The notes below the pieces were generated by a model. It was not told the origin of the DNA. It did not search any database and worked only from the letters and a program-made list of their open reading frames with translations. A DNA stretch of 64,000 bases from Strigamia acuminata (Eukaryota): positions 28,458,001 to 28,522,000 of the forward strand of contig OX442314.1 in the NCBI GenBank assembly GCA_949358305.1, written 5' to 3'. Numbering within the stretch: the first letter of the stretch is position 1; every line of letters starts with the position of its first letter. The translations under genes were made by a program, and so were the position numbers. Positions 37,868 through 48,877 of the stretch are shown here, piece by piece.

Positions 37868-39959
37868 ATGTACACCAAGGTGAGTTAGTTGTACATTGCT
37901 TTTCAGCCGACAATGAAGCTTGCGGATCGTCAATTCTCCTTTTCTTTTTATTTCTAGGTTATTCTTGCTTGTCTTTTGGCAGTTGCCACTGCAAATGCTT
38001 ACAAACCCTACCCAGTAAGTACCATTCATCAATGGTTTAGTAATAGAAACAGTAGTTGCAATAAGAATTTCCAATGTTTTAATCATTTTATATGCATCTG
38101 TGAGTTTTTAAAAGATTTTTCAATGTTTCCATCATTTTAAATGCATTTGGTTGAGTTTTAATAAGATTTTCCAATATTTTGATCATTTTAAATGCAATTA
38201 ATGCAATTATTACACAAAACATCCCAATATTTTAATCATTTTAAATGCATATATTTGAGTTTTAAAAGATTTTTCAATGTTTTCATCATTTTAAATGCAT
38301 TTGGTTGAGTTTTAATAAGATTTTCTCATATTTTGATCATTTTAAATGCAATTACTGCAATTATTACACAAAACATCCCAATATTTTAATCATTTTAAAT
38401 GCATATATTTGAGTTTTAAAAATATTTTTCAATATTTTGATTATTTTAAAAGCATTTGTTTGAGTTTTAATAAGATTTTCCAATATTTTGATCATTTAAA
38501 ATGCAATTACAGCAAATATTACACCAAAATTCCCAATATTTCCACAAATTATTCACAAACTAATTTACAACTCAATAGCAACCTGCTGCTGCTGCCCCTG
38601 AACCAGAACCAGAGCCAATCAACATCGACTACAAGATGTCAATGTACGTCCAAGACGACCCCAGCTACAACTACCAAACCAGAGAAGAAACCAAAGAGGG
38701 ACAGGTGAATATAAAACAATGCACCGACCAACAAACCAATCCACCATTTCATAAATCCATTCAATCTCCAGATCATCAAAGGCCAGTACACCGTTCTTGA
38801 ACCAACCGGCGAACTCCGAATAGTCAAATACTACGCCGACGAAACCGGCTTCCACGCCGATGTCCAAAACCAAGCCGGCTACGCCAAGCCATACAAAGGA
38901 CCAGAACCAGCGTATCCCCAAGCCGCCCCACAATACGCCCAAGCCGCCCCACAGTACGCTCAAGCCGCCCCACAGTACGCCCAAGCCGCGCCAGCTCTCC
39001 CCGAATATAACGCGCCCAAACCCCAAGCCGCACCAGCTTTCCCAGAATACAATGCGCCCAAACCCCAAGCCGCACCAGCCTTCCCAGAATACAATGCGCC
39101 CAAACCCCAAGCCGCACCAGCTTTCCCAGAATACAATGCGCCCAAACCCCAAGCCGCACCAGCCGAGCCAGAATACCACACACAGAAGCCCGCCTACGCA
39201 CAAGCCGCCCCAGCTGTCCCAGAATACCATGCGCAAGCAGCACCAGCTGTCCCAGAATACCACGCACAAGCCGCCCCAGCTGTCCCAGAATACCACGCGC
39301 AAGCAGCACCAGCTGTCCCAGAATACCACGCGCAAGCAGCACCAGCTGTCCCAGAATACCACGCGCAAGCAGCACCAGCTGTCCCAGAATACCACGCGCA
39401 AGCAGCACCAGCTGTCCCAGAATACCACGCGCAAGCCGCTCCAGCTGTCCCAGAATACCACGCGCAAGCCGCTCCAGCTGTCCCAGAATACCACGCGCAA
39501 GCAGCACCGGCTGTCCCAGAATACCACGCGGCCAGTCAAGCATCAGCTCAATCGGCTTATGGTCATAAGCAAGAATCTGAAGCTGCATCTTACTCGCAAT
39601 CGTCGGCTCAGGAATCATCGTCGTCGTCGTACGCTCAATCTAGTGAGAGTCACGGCAGCTACGGCGCGTCGGCTCACCAAGCATCGGCTCACCAAGCGCA
39701 CACTCCAGTCGTGCATGTCCCGGCTCCGGCACCCAGACCAGTCAAGTTGGCCGCTGTACCAGTTCCGCAGATGATCTTTTTCCAATCCGCACCAAAACCG
39801 ATCCAAAAGGCCGCTCCGTTTCACCATGTACCGAAACCAATGATGCCTAAGCCAAGCTTCAACTCTGCGAGTCACGCTGCGGCCGGTGCTTACTACGAGG
39901 AGTCATCCAATAATGCCCAGCACGAGGAACGTGATGAGTCGCACCACAATGGATATTAA
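37868..39959 (+). CDS. Cuticular protein, Rebers-Riddiford chitin-binding (CPR) family, ~460 aa
   Basis: Exons 37868-37879 (MYTK), 37958-38014, 38579-38704, 38772-39959; signal peptide VILACLLAVATA; R&R motif IKGQYTVLEPTGELRIVKYYADETGFHADV; repeats AQAAPQY, PEYNAPKPQAAPAF, PEYHAQAAPAV; AATAAA at ~40025. Confidence 0.93.
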
Positions 39960-40254
39960 GATGGATTTGATTGACCGACTGGACCGAGTTTTCAATATGA
40001 AAATACATTTGCACTTGTAATATACGTACTATATAGTCTCTTGAAATAAAATTTCACTTTTATAAAGTATTTCTGCGTGTTGTTTTTCAATACCGGTCAA
40101 TAACTTAGATATTAAGACATATTGGACATTCATAAAGTCGTGTTTAAATGCTGTGAGCATCTTTAAGAAATCTTAAAATCTCTAAATCTCTGATAAGGCT
40201 TTACTGCAAATCTTTAATAAATCTCAAAATAAATCTTCAAAAAATCAAATCTCA

Positions 40255-40585
40255 GAATAAATCCATAAATTCTAAATAAATCCATAAATCCCACATAAAT
40301 CTCTAAATCCTAAATGAATCCATAAATCCCAAATAAATCTCTAAATCCTAAATGAATTCATAAATCCCAAATAAATCTCTAAATCCTAAATAAATCCATA
40401 AATCCCACATAAATCTCTAAATCCTAAATGAATCCATAAATCCCAAATAAATCTCTAAATCCTAAATGAATTCATAAATCCCAAATAAATCTCTAAATCC
40501 TAAATAAATCCATAAATCCCACATAAATCTCTAAATCCTAAATAAATCCATAAATCCCAAATAAATCTCTAAATCTTAAATAAAT
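40255..40585. repeat. Minisatellite of TAAATC-based units with ~39-bp higher-order repeat
   Basis: Visible tandem units between two convergent genes. Confidence 0.9.
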
Positions 40586-40817
40586 TAATTAATCATGTAA
40601 AATCTTTTTCTTATTTGAAAAAAATAGTAATTTATGTAAGTTGGCAAAATAAATGCTATCAGTTTTGATAAATGCAAAATTGAGAAATTTTTTTGTGATG
40701 AAAAACGAATATACGTTTGAAAATTGATAATTGATAAATGATCATAATTCTTACTGTGTTCTAGACTCATTTAATTTAAATAAACCACATTGATCAATCA
40801 AAAAGAGATATAAAAAT

Positions 40818-43800
40818 TCATTCATAACTCTGTTTATGAATGGCAATCACTATACTACACGTAATCGGATTTGACGAATTGTCCTTGCCCTGACTTCCGT
40901 CATTTACTGAAATGACATCGATTAAAACGACTGAAAATCAACGTTTTTTGGACGCCATTTCAACCCAGAACAATACTTACTCGTAACATATTTCAAGCTA
41001 TCCAAATCCTAAAATTTAAATTCAACAATTACTAAAAGAAAGAAGCCAAATCGATTGATATTGCATGACATTTCACCGGACTCACCAAAAGGTTTTCTTG
41101 CGACTTGGTCTTCTTTACGTTAGTCCAATTGATACGAATTTCCGGCTGGTCCACCAATTCTGAAAGCGGAATACGAAACTCTGCTCGAGAAGTCTAAAAA
41201 GCAAAAAATAAAAATAAAAATAAAAATAAAAATAAAATAAATAAAAATAAAAATAAAAATAAAAATAAAATAAATAAAAATAAAAATAAAAATAAAAATA
41301 AAAATAAAATAAATAAAAATAAAAATAAAAATAAAAATAAAATAAATAAAAATAAAAATAAAAATAAAAATAAAAACAAAATAAATAAAAATAAAAATAA
41401 AAATAAAAATAAAATAAATAAAAATAAAAATTGCGTTGAGACCTTTATTGCGGCATCCCGAATATAAACGGTCAGTGAAGTAGACAAGAATCTTTTCAAC
41501 ATTTTGCAGTTTCGTGCATGTATAAGAAACACGTCGTTATACACGACGGGTTCAGCCCACGGTCGTGTCGGTGTAGAGTGCGACGAAATTTTGACATTAT
41601 CGGTCGATAGTTCTACGTTCGTGGCCGAGGCTAAAGGTGAAACTTCAAAATCATTCGCGGTTCCGTCACTCATTTTCCAGGTGTATTCAACGTGATAATA
41701 ATGAACGACAGTTTTGACCTCCCCTACTTGCTTTTTGGTAAGCTGTTATGGGGAAAATAGAAAAACGTAATTTATTCAAGTGAAACTTCTTTAGGAGCGA
41801 CAGGTCGGAGTGATTCTGATTGTAACGAAAGTAACTACAGTAGGTATATTGACCACATGTGTGCGCAATAGTGTGCATGGTGGCATGCACAACATCAAAC
41901 TATCGGGACATTAATATAGGAATCATTAAAAATAAAACAACACGCCGGTATAGTGCGAGTTTTACTGAGTAAGTGCGAATTTTTTTTCAATAAGATTTGA
42001 GTCTAAACAAGCATAAAAAGCATTAGTGAGTTTGCGGTTGCCAATTGTTCCTTATAATTATGAGTTACAAGCTCATAATTATAATTATAATTCCTTCTTG
42101 AAATAGGCACTTGCGGTACAATAAATATATTTTATAAATTATACTTATAAATACCATGTAATGGTAGAACAAATCCCTATGCAAAAGAAAATGAAAATCT
42201 GTAGTTTTACTAATTTGACAGTTTTCAGACGTGAAATTGTCTTCCAGTTTATTTATTTGCTTACCTGGAATGATTTTAGTTGTTTCTATCCTTCGATGGC
42301 AGAAAGAAATTGTGATTGAGGCTGAATGTTGAAACAGGTCAGGCAGCCATTTTGAATTTCCATTAGCACCATCAGCGCCATTTGCAATAGTGGGAGGAGC
42401 TTCAAATAGTGTTAAGTGATCTGATTGGCTCCCTTATTTTACAAAATACAGTGAAAGCTCTGTAGACCGGACATAGGACGGGTCCAAGAAAGTTGTCCGG
42501 ACTAAAAGGCTGTCCGGATGGGAGAGGGGATTTAGTATTGCTGGGTATAGGTTGGGACCAAATCAGGACCTCCAAACTGTCCGGTCCACACAGCTGTCCG
42601 GACGGTGCTATGTCCGGTCTACAGAGCTTTCACTGTAGTGTAAAAGTTGAGTAGTTACGTTATGTTATAAGTCCATTTTTATAATTATGAGCTTGTAACT
42701 CGTAATTATAAGGAACAATTGGCAACCGCAAATTCACTATTGGCCTAAATTTTTATAAATTTATTGGTACCCAGATTTTAGAAATAATCCTCAGAAAATT
42801 AAGAAAATTCAAAATTTAGGCCCGAAACCAGGAAGTTAGCGGACACACAACCGCCAAGGACGCGTGGGATAGCTTGACAAAACTCACCGAAAATAAGAGT
42901 TTGGGAAGCCAGGTATCATTATTTAAGGATTTAATTAATATTAAATATGCAGACTGCAAAGGGCTGTGGTCTCATCCGCGCGCGCCGCATCCGCGTCTCC
43001 CTTAGCCGCTCGATCCGCCCTCCACGCTCCCTAATACGCGGCTCTCGAATCCGCGTGGTTCTTCTGAAACCGCCCCAATTCCGCTCGGTTTGTAATCCGC
43101 GCGGTATTTAATTACCAAAAATATTTAAATTCCGCTCGGTGTTTAATCCGCGCGGTATTTAATTACCAAAAATATTTAAATTCTGCTCGGTGTTTAATCC
43201 GCGCCGTATGTAATAAATAAATAAATGAATTAAATTCCACTCGGTTTCTAATCCGCGCCGTGATTAAATAGTTATTGTTTACTTATGAAATGGTAAGTTT
43301 AAGCAAACAGCTTGGTGAGGTGGCTCCTTTTTGTTACAAATGAAGTCGAATACTTTGTTTATCATGCCAAGCTCTATATATACCCCCAGCAGTACCGTAA
43401 CGTGTCATGAACGTCCCGCTGTGTTAACGGAACGTTCATGAAACGTTACGGTACTGTTGGGGGTATGCAACAGCGCGGATTCTGATTGGACGCGGATTCA
43501 CAACGACGCGGATTCTAATTGGACGCGGATTCAGAACGACGCGGATTATTAACCAGAAGCAAAATAATTACAGCGCGGATTAGGAATGGCGCAGAATTTC
43601 GAGTGCATTATTTTTTTAAACATATTTAAACAATTTTTAAATAATTTTTAATTCGGCGCGGATGAGACTACGACGCGGATAAGGGATGAAATTGCCGCGG
43701 ATTCACAACAAGCGGATTAGGCCCGCGCGGATGAGCCCTTGGCCGACTGCAAAGACATGTTGGATTACATCGGCTGGAAAGTGACCATTGGTCAACAGCT

Positions 43801-46800
43801 GAACGATATGAAATATAAAGTGGACAATAAATAAACGCTGCTAGAGGATTTCAAGCCCATGATTATGGCAATTGAAATTGAGGGTCCGATCTGAAAGCAG
43901 AATATGTGAAAGTGAGGCTGCTCCAGGAATCACAATGCCGAGAGAAGGAAGACGGGGTCCGTCCATAAATTACGTAACGCCTGGAGGGGGGGGGAGGGGG
44001 TTTCAAATTTTGTTACAGGTTGTTACGACAAGGAGGAGGTAGGGGTTATTAATAATGTTATTAATAATTTTCGAAATTTCTTTTTACATTTTTGAAATTT
44101 TTTTTACATTTTTTAAATTCTTTTTTACATTTTTTAAATTCTTTTTAAATTTTTGTAAAAAAATAAAAATTTTTGTAAAATTTTGTATTATAAGCTAGTA
44201 TCAAAATTTTTTTTTTGGGGGGGGGATGGTGAGTTTTGTTACGTAATATTCTAGGGGGGGTTTGTGGATTTGTTACGACCTTGTTACAGGGGGGAAGGGG
44301 GTCTAAAAATCGGTTACTTAGCCGTATCATTTCGTCGCCCTTCATTTCGTCACCGTGTCATTTCGTCGCCCTTCTGTTCGGTTTGGGTTGTTTTGGTTGT
44401 TCAATTGTATCATTTCGTCGCCCTTCATTTCGTCGCCTTTTTTCTGTTTTGGGTGTCATTTCGTCGCTAAAAACGGCGATGAAATGACACGGCGACGAAA
44501 TGAAGGGCGACGAAATGAAGAAACCCCTTAAGTAATTTATGGACGGCCCCATACAGCTGCAGCATTCAGCTCGAGCACGGGAAAATCGGGACGTGCTCAA
44601 CGCAATGAGGATAACGACTTATTGCGGATGAAATGCCACCGGTGCCAGTTTGGAACAATTAGTTTGGACCAGTCGGAATACATCAAACAAGTATTGAAAC
44701 GTTTTGGCCTAACGGATTTCAAGGCGGCCTCAACGCCGACGGACCCAGGCACGAAACTCATCCACTTAATGGTGCAGAAGACTGCTAAAGAAAAGTCTGT
44801 TGTATGCAGCACAGGCAACAAGGCTTGATATCGCACAAGCTGTGGGAGTGGTTAGTGAATTTAACTCTAATTTTGGACCACTCCATTGGATTGCAGTAAA
44901 GCGGATCATGCGACATTTGCAAGGAGCAATCAACTCGAAACTCATTTACGGAACTTCGAAAAGTTCAACAGTTATTGGTTATACAGACGCCGGTCACGCT
45001 GGATGTCTGGACACGAGGAGGTCGACAACTCATGGCAGCTGGTGGAGCAAAAAACAGCTGAATCGACCATAGAAGCCGAGTACATGTGTTTATCGATGGC
45101 TTCGAAAGAGGCTATATGGCTGCGACGAGCCATTCAGGAATTGAAGCTCAACGAGTGTAAGAACCCCATTGTTGTTCACTTGGACAATTAGAGCGCCCTG
45201 ACTTTGTCCAAGAATGCGTCTACCATTTAAAGACAAAGCATATAAACATCAAGCATCATTTCGTTCGAGAAGTTATTAAGAATGGCCACATCACCGTGAA
45301 GTTCATTGGTGCGCAAGAAATGATTGCGACCGTCCTGACCAAAGAACTGGCAAAGAAGAACATCAATGGTATACATGGAAAATGGGATTGTAATTCGTTA
45401 AAATAAGTTTTATTTTTTGTACAGTCGAAACTCTTTATAACGAATCGCAAGGGACCGGACGAATCGATTTGTTATAATGAGAATTCGTTAAAACGAATTA
45501 GGTGAAAAAAATCAAATTTTAGCACCAAGCACTATTTTTTTGTAAACCTTAATTACCACTTGCAAGTTTCATGTTAATTTTATCCCTATTCCTTAAAATT
45601 GTTGAAATTGTAGAACGGGACAAATTAAACTCCTCTGCTACAATTGATGGCTTCTTGTCATTGCCAATGGCATCAATAATGTTTAGCTTGTCGTAAATCA
45701 AAATTGCCTTTCATTTGGCAGCTGTTTTCATTTTCCTTTGTTTTCTAAATATGGGCATCGGATGTTGTGAGTGATGTGATCAGTTTTGAAAATTTGTATT
45801 ATAGTGTACCTGAAACTTGTTTGTTATAACGAATAATTCGTTATATCAAAATTCGTTATAACAAAAATATTTAACATGGTGTTCTATGGCTGGCCAACCA
45901 AGTTATTTTCAACAATTCGTTATAGCGATAATTCGTTATATCGCAATTCGTTATAAAGAGTTTCGACTGTATACGGTACCATATTTTTGAAACTGTTTTT
46001 TATTGTGTATTTACATTATGCCATCAAAGAGTGGGAGTATTATAAGTTTCTATGATGTCATTAATGTATGAGCGCCACCTGGCGCACTGTGCTTATACCG
46101 TAAATAAACTTTAACGAAACCACTTCTGGTTTTACGCTAACGCTAATGCTAACACGTTATCTCTTTTCTTCACATCCATTTCAATCCTTCGATATTCATC
46201 AATATTTATGCATAATTTTTCTTATTTTGCAAAGATCGTGTCTGATGGAACAACTTGTGTAAGTTATATTTATATATTTGTTATGTGATTATTACCACAG
46301 TGTAAGCAGCCGAAGAGCTTTCTTGTTTGATATAAGGTTTGATTGACAGTTGGATCACGTTAACCTTTATACTCGCTGCAACGGCTTCGAATTTGCCTGC
46401 TTTCATAAACCAGGTGGCGTACAGTAGCGTTTCCTTTCGGGAAATTGCAACTTCATCCAAATTCGACAGATGTTGACAGTGGATCACAACAAAACCACGA
46501 TAGCCACTAATCAACTAAAAAGGAAAGAAGACCTGTTACATGTAGTGGAGATTACTATAGTAACTGTGCATTCAAAAAGTATTACTCCGTATGTTTTAGC
46601 TGTTTATGATTTACTGTTAGTTTTGTTTATTGCCTTAAAAATACACAAAAACACAGCAGAATAAAGTGTTCAACAAAACTGAACCCTCACTCCAAGCTAG
46701 CAATTGAAATTGTGAGTAATTTCGTGTTTTGCCACTAGATGAAACACCAGTCATCAACAAGTATCATCACTTGTTGATGTCTGATGTTTCACCTAGTGGC

Positions 46801-48409
46801 AAAAGACGAAATTACTCACAAGTTCAATTGCTAGCTTAGTGTGAGGGTCCAGTTTTTATGAACACACTGTACAATCTGAAAACACGAGCACTTTTTGAAT
46901 GCAGCTACTGATTGCTGATTGCAAATAAATAAATAAATAAATAAATAAAATAAATAAATAAATAAATAAATAAAATAAATAAATAAATAAATAAATAAAA
47001 TAAATAAATAAATATCAACACCAATTGGTGTTGATATTTTTTTTTTGGATTATCCTCAGGAAGAATCGACTAACAATATAAATCTACCAATACTGAGCAT
47101 AATTTTCATTACTTACCGTAAGTGGGTTTCCTATCAGTAATAAAATTCGGAGATTAGCTATAGTTTTGACAAGAGGGACTAAAGAAGTTAAGTTATCCAA
47201 CTCATTAAAGCTCAAATCCAAATGCATTAAATTTGGAAATACACGTTGCAACGACTTTTCCGAGGATGAAATTGCTTTAAAGGATAAAAACAAAACATTT
47301 GAATTATTATTTCTATTATACTAGACGCATTCAGGCCGTTGTACTGGGCGCGACATAGCCAGGCGCGACGTCGCTTTTCGAAATGCGTACGCTATTTCAA
47401 AGCGACATTTTTAGCGACATTTTTAGCTGAACTCGTCCTCGTCCACAACGGGTTGTGTCGCGCCACGCTGTTCCGGACCACCGTAAACACAGCATGTTGC
47501 GTTTAGGCATTACAAACAATGTAATGCCGATTGCTAGGCGCAAATCTCAATGTGCGCTTTGCTATGTCGTGCCCTGTACGCATCACCACGCATTCATAGT
47601 AATGTTTAGTTGTTTAAATGAAATCGTCTATTGGACGCTATTTTGCCGGCAGACCCATGTTCAACCAATTTTTTGCGTGTTGTACTGCTGTAAAAATAGC
47701 GCCCGCACGATGCTCAAGTCCCATTATCGTGTGGTACTCAGGGCCGTCTTTACACTTTTCAGGACCCTGGGCTAATAAAACTCAGGCGCCCCTTGCCCAG
47801 CACTTTTCTGTGCCCGGTGCCCTTCTGTGCCCATCGAGCCCCTGTGCCCGGCGCCTCTGGGCTGCAGCCCAGTTAGCCCAATGGTAAAGGTGGGCCTGGT
47901 GGTACTTTCGGTAAAAGTTGCCAATACATTTTATCAGATTGTAAGCCAAGCCCAAATATTTCAGATTCATTAATTTGCTTTCAAAAATCTCATCCAATGA
48001 AGTAAATTGATTATATCCAAGTTCTAGAATTTCTACGCTCGCCGGTACGTTTGAATCAGATAGTGAGCTAATGTCATTACAGGAGAGTACTACTGTCTTC
48101 ATCTCGTTGGAAAATTTCTTTTTTGGAAACTGGAATTTAAAAATAAAATAAAACCAAATATAAAAACAAATTGCGAACACCTGAACTAAAACATCCTTAA
48201 ATTCTCTTGAGTAATTGCAATTTGTACCTTTTTCTTAGTATACGTCAACGAAGCTTTTTTTCCAACTTCTGGCTTTTTGGATGATTCAGCTTTCTTTTGT
48301 TCCTTTATTAAAAAAAACACAGAATAAGAAGATATATTTCAAAATGCTTGCTTAGTAAGTATGGCGTTTTACTTACAGGTACTAGAAATTGAGCCGGCTT
48401 ACTGTACAT
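40818..48409 (-). CDS. LRRC43: LRRC43-like leucine-rich-repeat protein, tandem copy A (9 coding exons)
   Basis: Spliced frame open from MYSKPAQ (48409) to KQSYE* (40818); LELGYNQF, LKYLGLAYNL, FPNLMHLDLSFNEL, LRILLLIGNPL-ISGYRGF, HSTPTRPWAEP follow the motif order I recall for vertebrate LRRC43. Confidence 0.82.
42024..42740. mobile_element. TIR element (~60-bp TIRs) hosting the 187-bp MITE at 42449-42635
   Basis: TAGTGAGTTTGCGGTTGCCAATTGTTCCTTATAATTA mirrored at 42680-42740. Confidence 0.8.
42962..43744. mobile_element. Mutator-like non-autonomous element inserted in copia gag
   Basis: 10-bp TSD GACTGCAAAG (42952-61, 43745-54); TIR core CTCATCCGCGCG; many ATCCGCG subterminal repeats; internal ~85-bp hairpin at 43380-43467. 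Confidence 0.85.
43954..44550. mobile_element. Harbinger-like MITE (related partial copy at ~55987-56200)
   Basis: TIRs GGGGTCCGTCCATAAATTAC / GTAATTTATGGACGGCCCC. Confidence 0.75.
45422..45969. mobile_element. Tc1/pogo-type MITE inside the copia remnant
   Basis: TIRs CAGTCGAAACTCTTTATAACGAAT, TA TSD. Confidence 0.88.
46664..46869. mobile_element. ~205-bp near-perfect hairpin MITE
   Basis: Arms pair along the whole length around a loop near 46765. Confidence 0.8.
47334..47587. mobile_element. Mutator-like MITE in copy A intron 3
   Basis: 9-bp TSD ACGCATTCA; imperfect TIRs; absent from the matching site in copy B. Confidence 0.8.
47739..47898. mobile_element. hAT-type MITE in copy A intron 3
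   Basis: 8-bp TSD GTGGTACT; CAGG..CCTG ends; empty site in copies B and E. Confidence 0.85.
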
Positions 48410-48877
48410 TTTTCACGAAATACCTGGGCACTAAAACCACCTTTTTAAATTCATGGTAACTTTACAAATAACTTTTCAACTCAAAAGAAAAATTCCCCAT
48501 TGGTAAAATCCCTGAACTAAATACACAAACTAAATTAGAATAAAAATGTGTCTCGCCATGATCGGTACTTTTAAAGAAATGACACCAGAGGGACCAGGCC
48601 ATACCTAAGAGCTACAGACAGACCGAATCCCCTTGGCTTTCTTGTAAGTTGGTGATAAAATAGAAATAAAAACAGAACTTATGTATTTTATAAATTCTTT
48701 TTCAGTTTTAATTAACGGAAAATTGAGAATAATTTTTTGTTGGTTCTGAATAAAGAAAACATATTTGATAATTGATAAACGCCAAATATTTTAGACGCTT
48801 CACAATAATTCTGTGTCCGAAGCTCATTTAACCATAAATAAACCCAAATTAGTCAGTCAAAAGTTGGATACAAAAAG

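Larger units (their letters stand above)
42760..46154 (+). mobile_element. Degraded Ty1/copia LTR retrotransposon interrupted by MITEs
   Basis: gag fragments TAKDAWDSL..DLINIKYADCKDMLDYI..FKPMIMAIE; RT/RNase H fragments LDQSEYIKQVLKRFG, TRLDIAQAV, IGYTDA, STIEAEY, TKHINIKHHFVRE with stops and frameshifts; purine tract AAAGAGTGGGAG at ~46026 and a possible short 3' LTR. Confidence 0.9.

Noticed and set aside
38619..39774. 264-306-aa ORFs in other frames and strands
   Set aside because: Stop-free shadows of the cuticular protein repeats; only the spliced frame has the signal peptide and R&R motif
41194..41431. FLFLF transmembrane-like tail
   Set aside because: Read-through into an (AAAAAT)n intronic microsatellite
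47782..47930. Copy A pseudogenised by a MITE in exon 3
   Set aside because: With the AAAT|GTAT donor the insertion is intronic and the frame joins exon 4 in all copies
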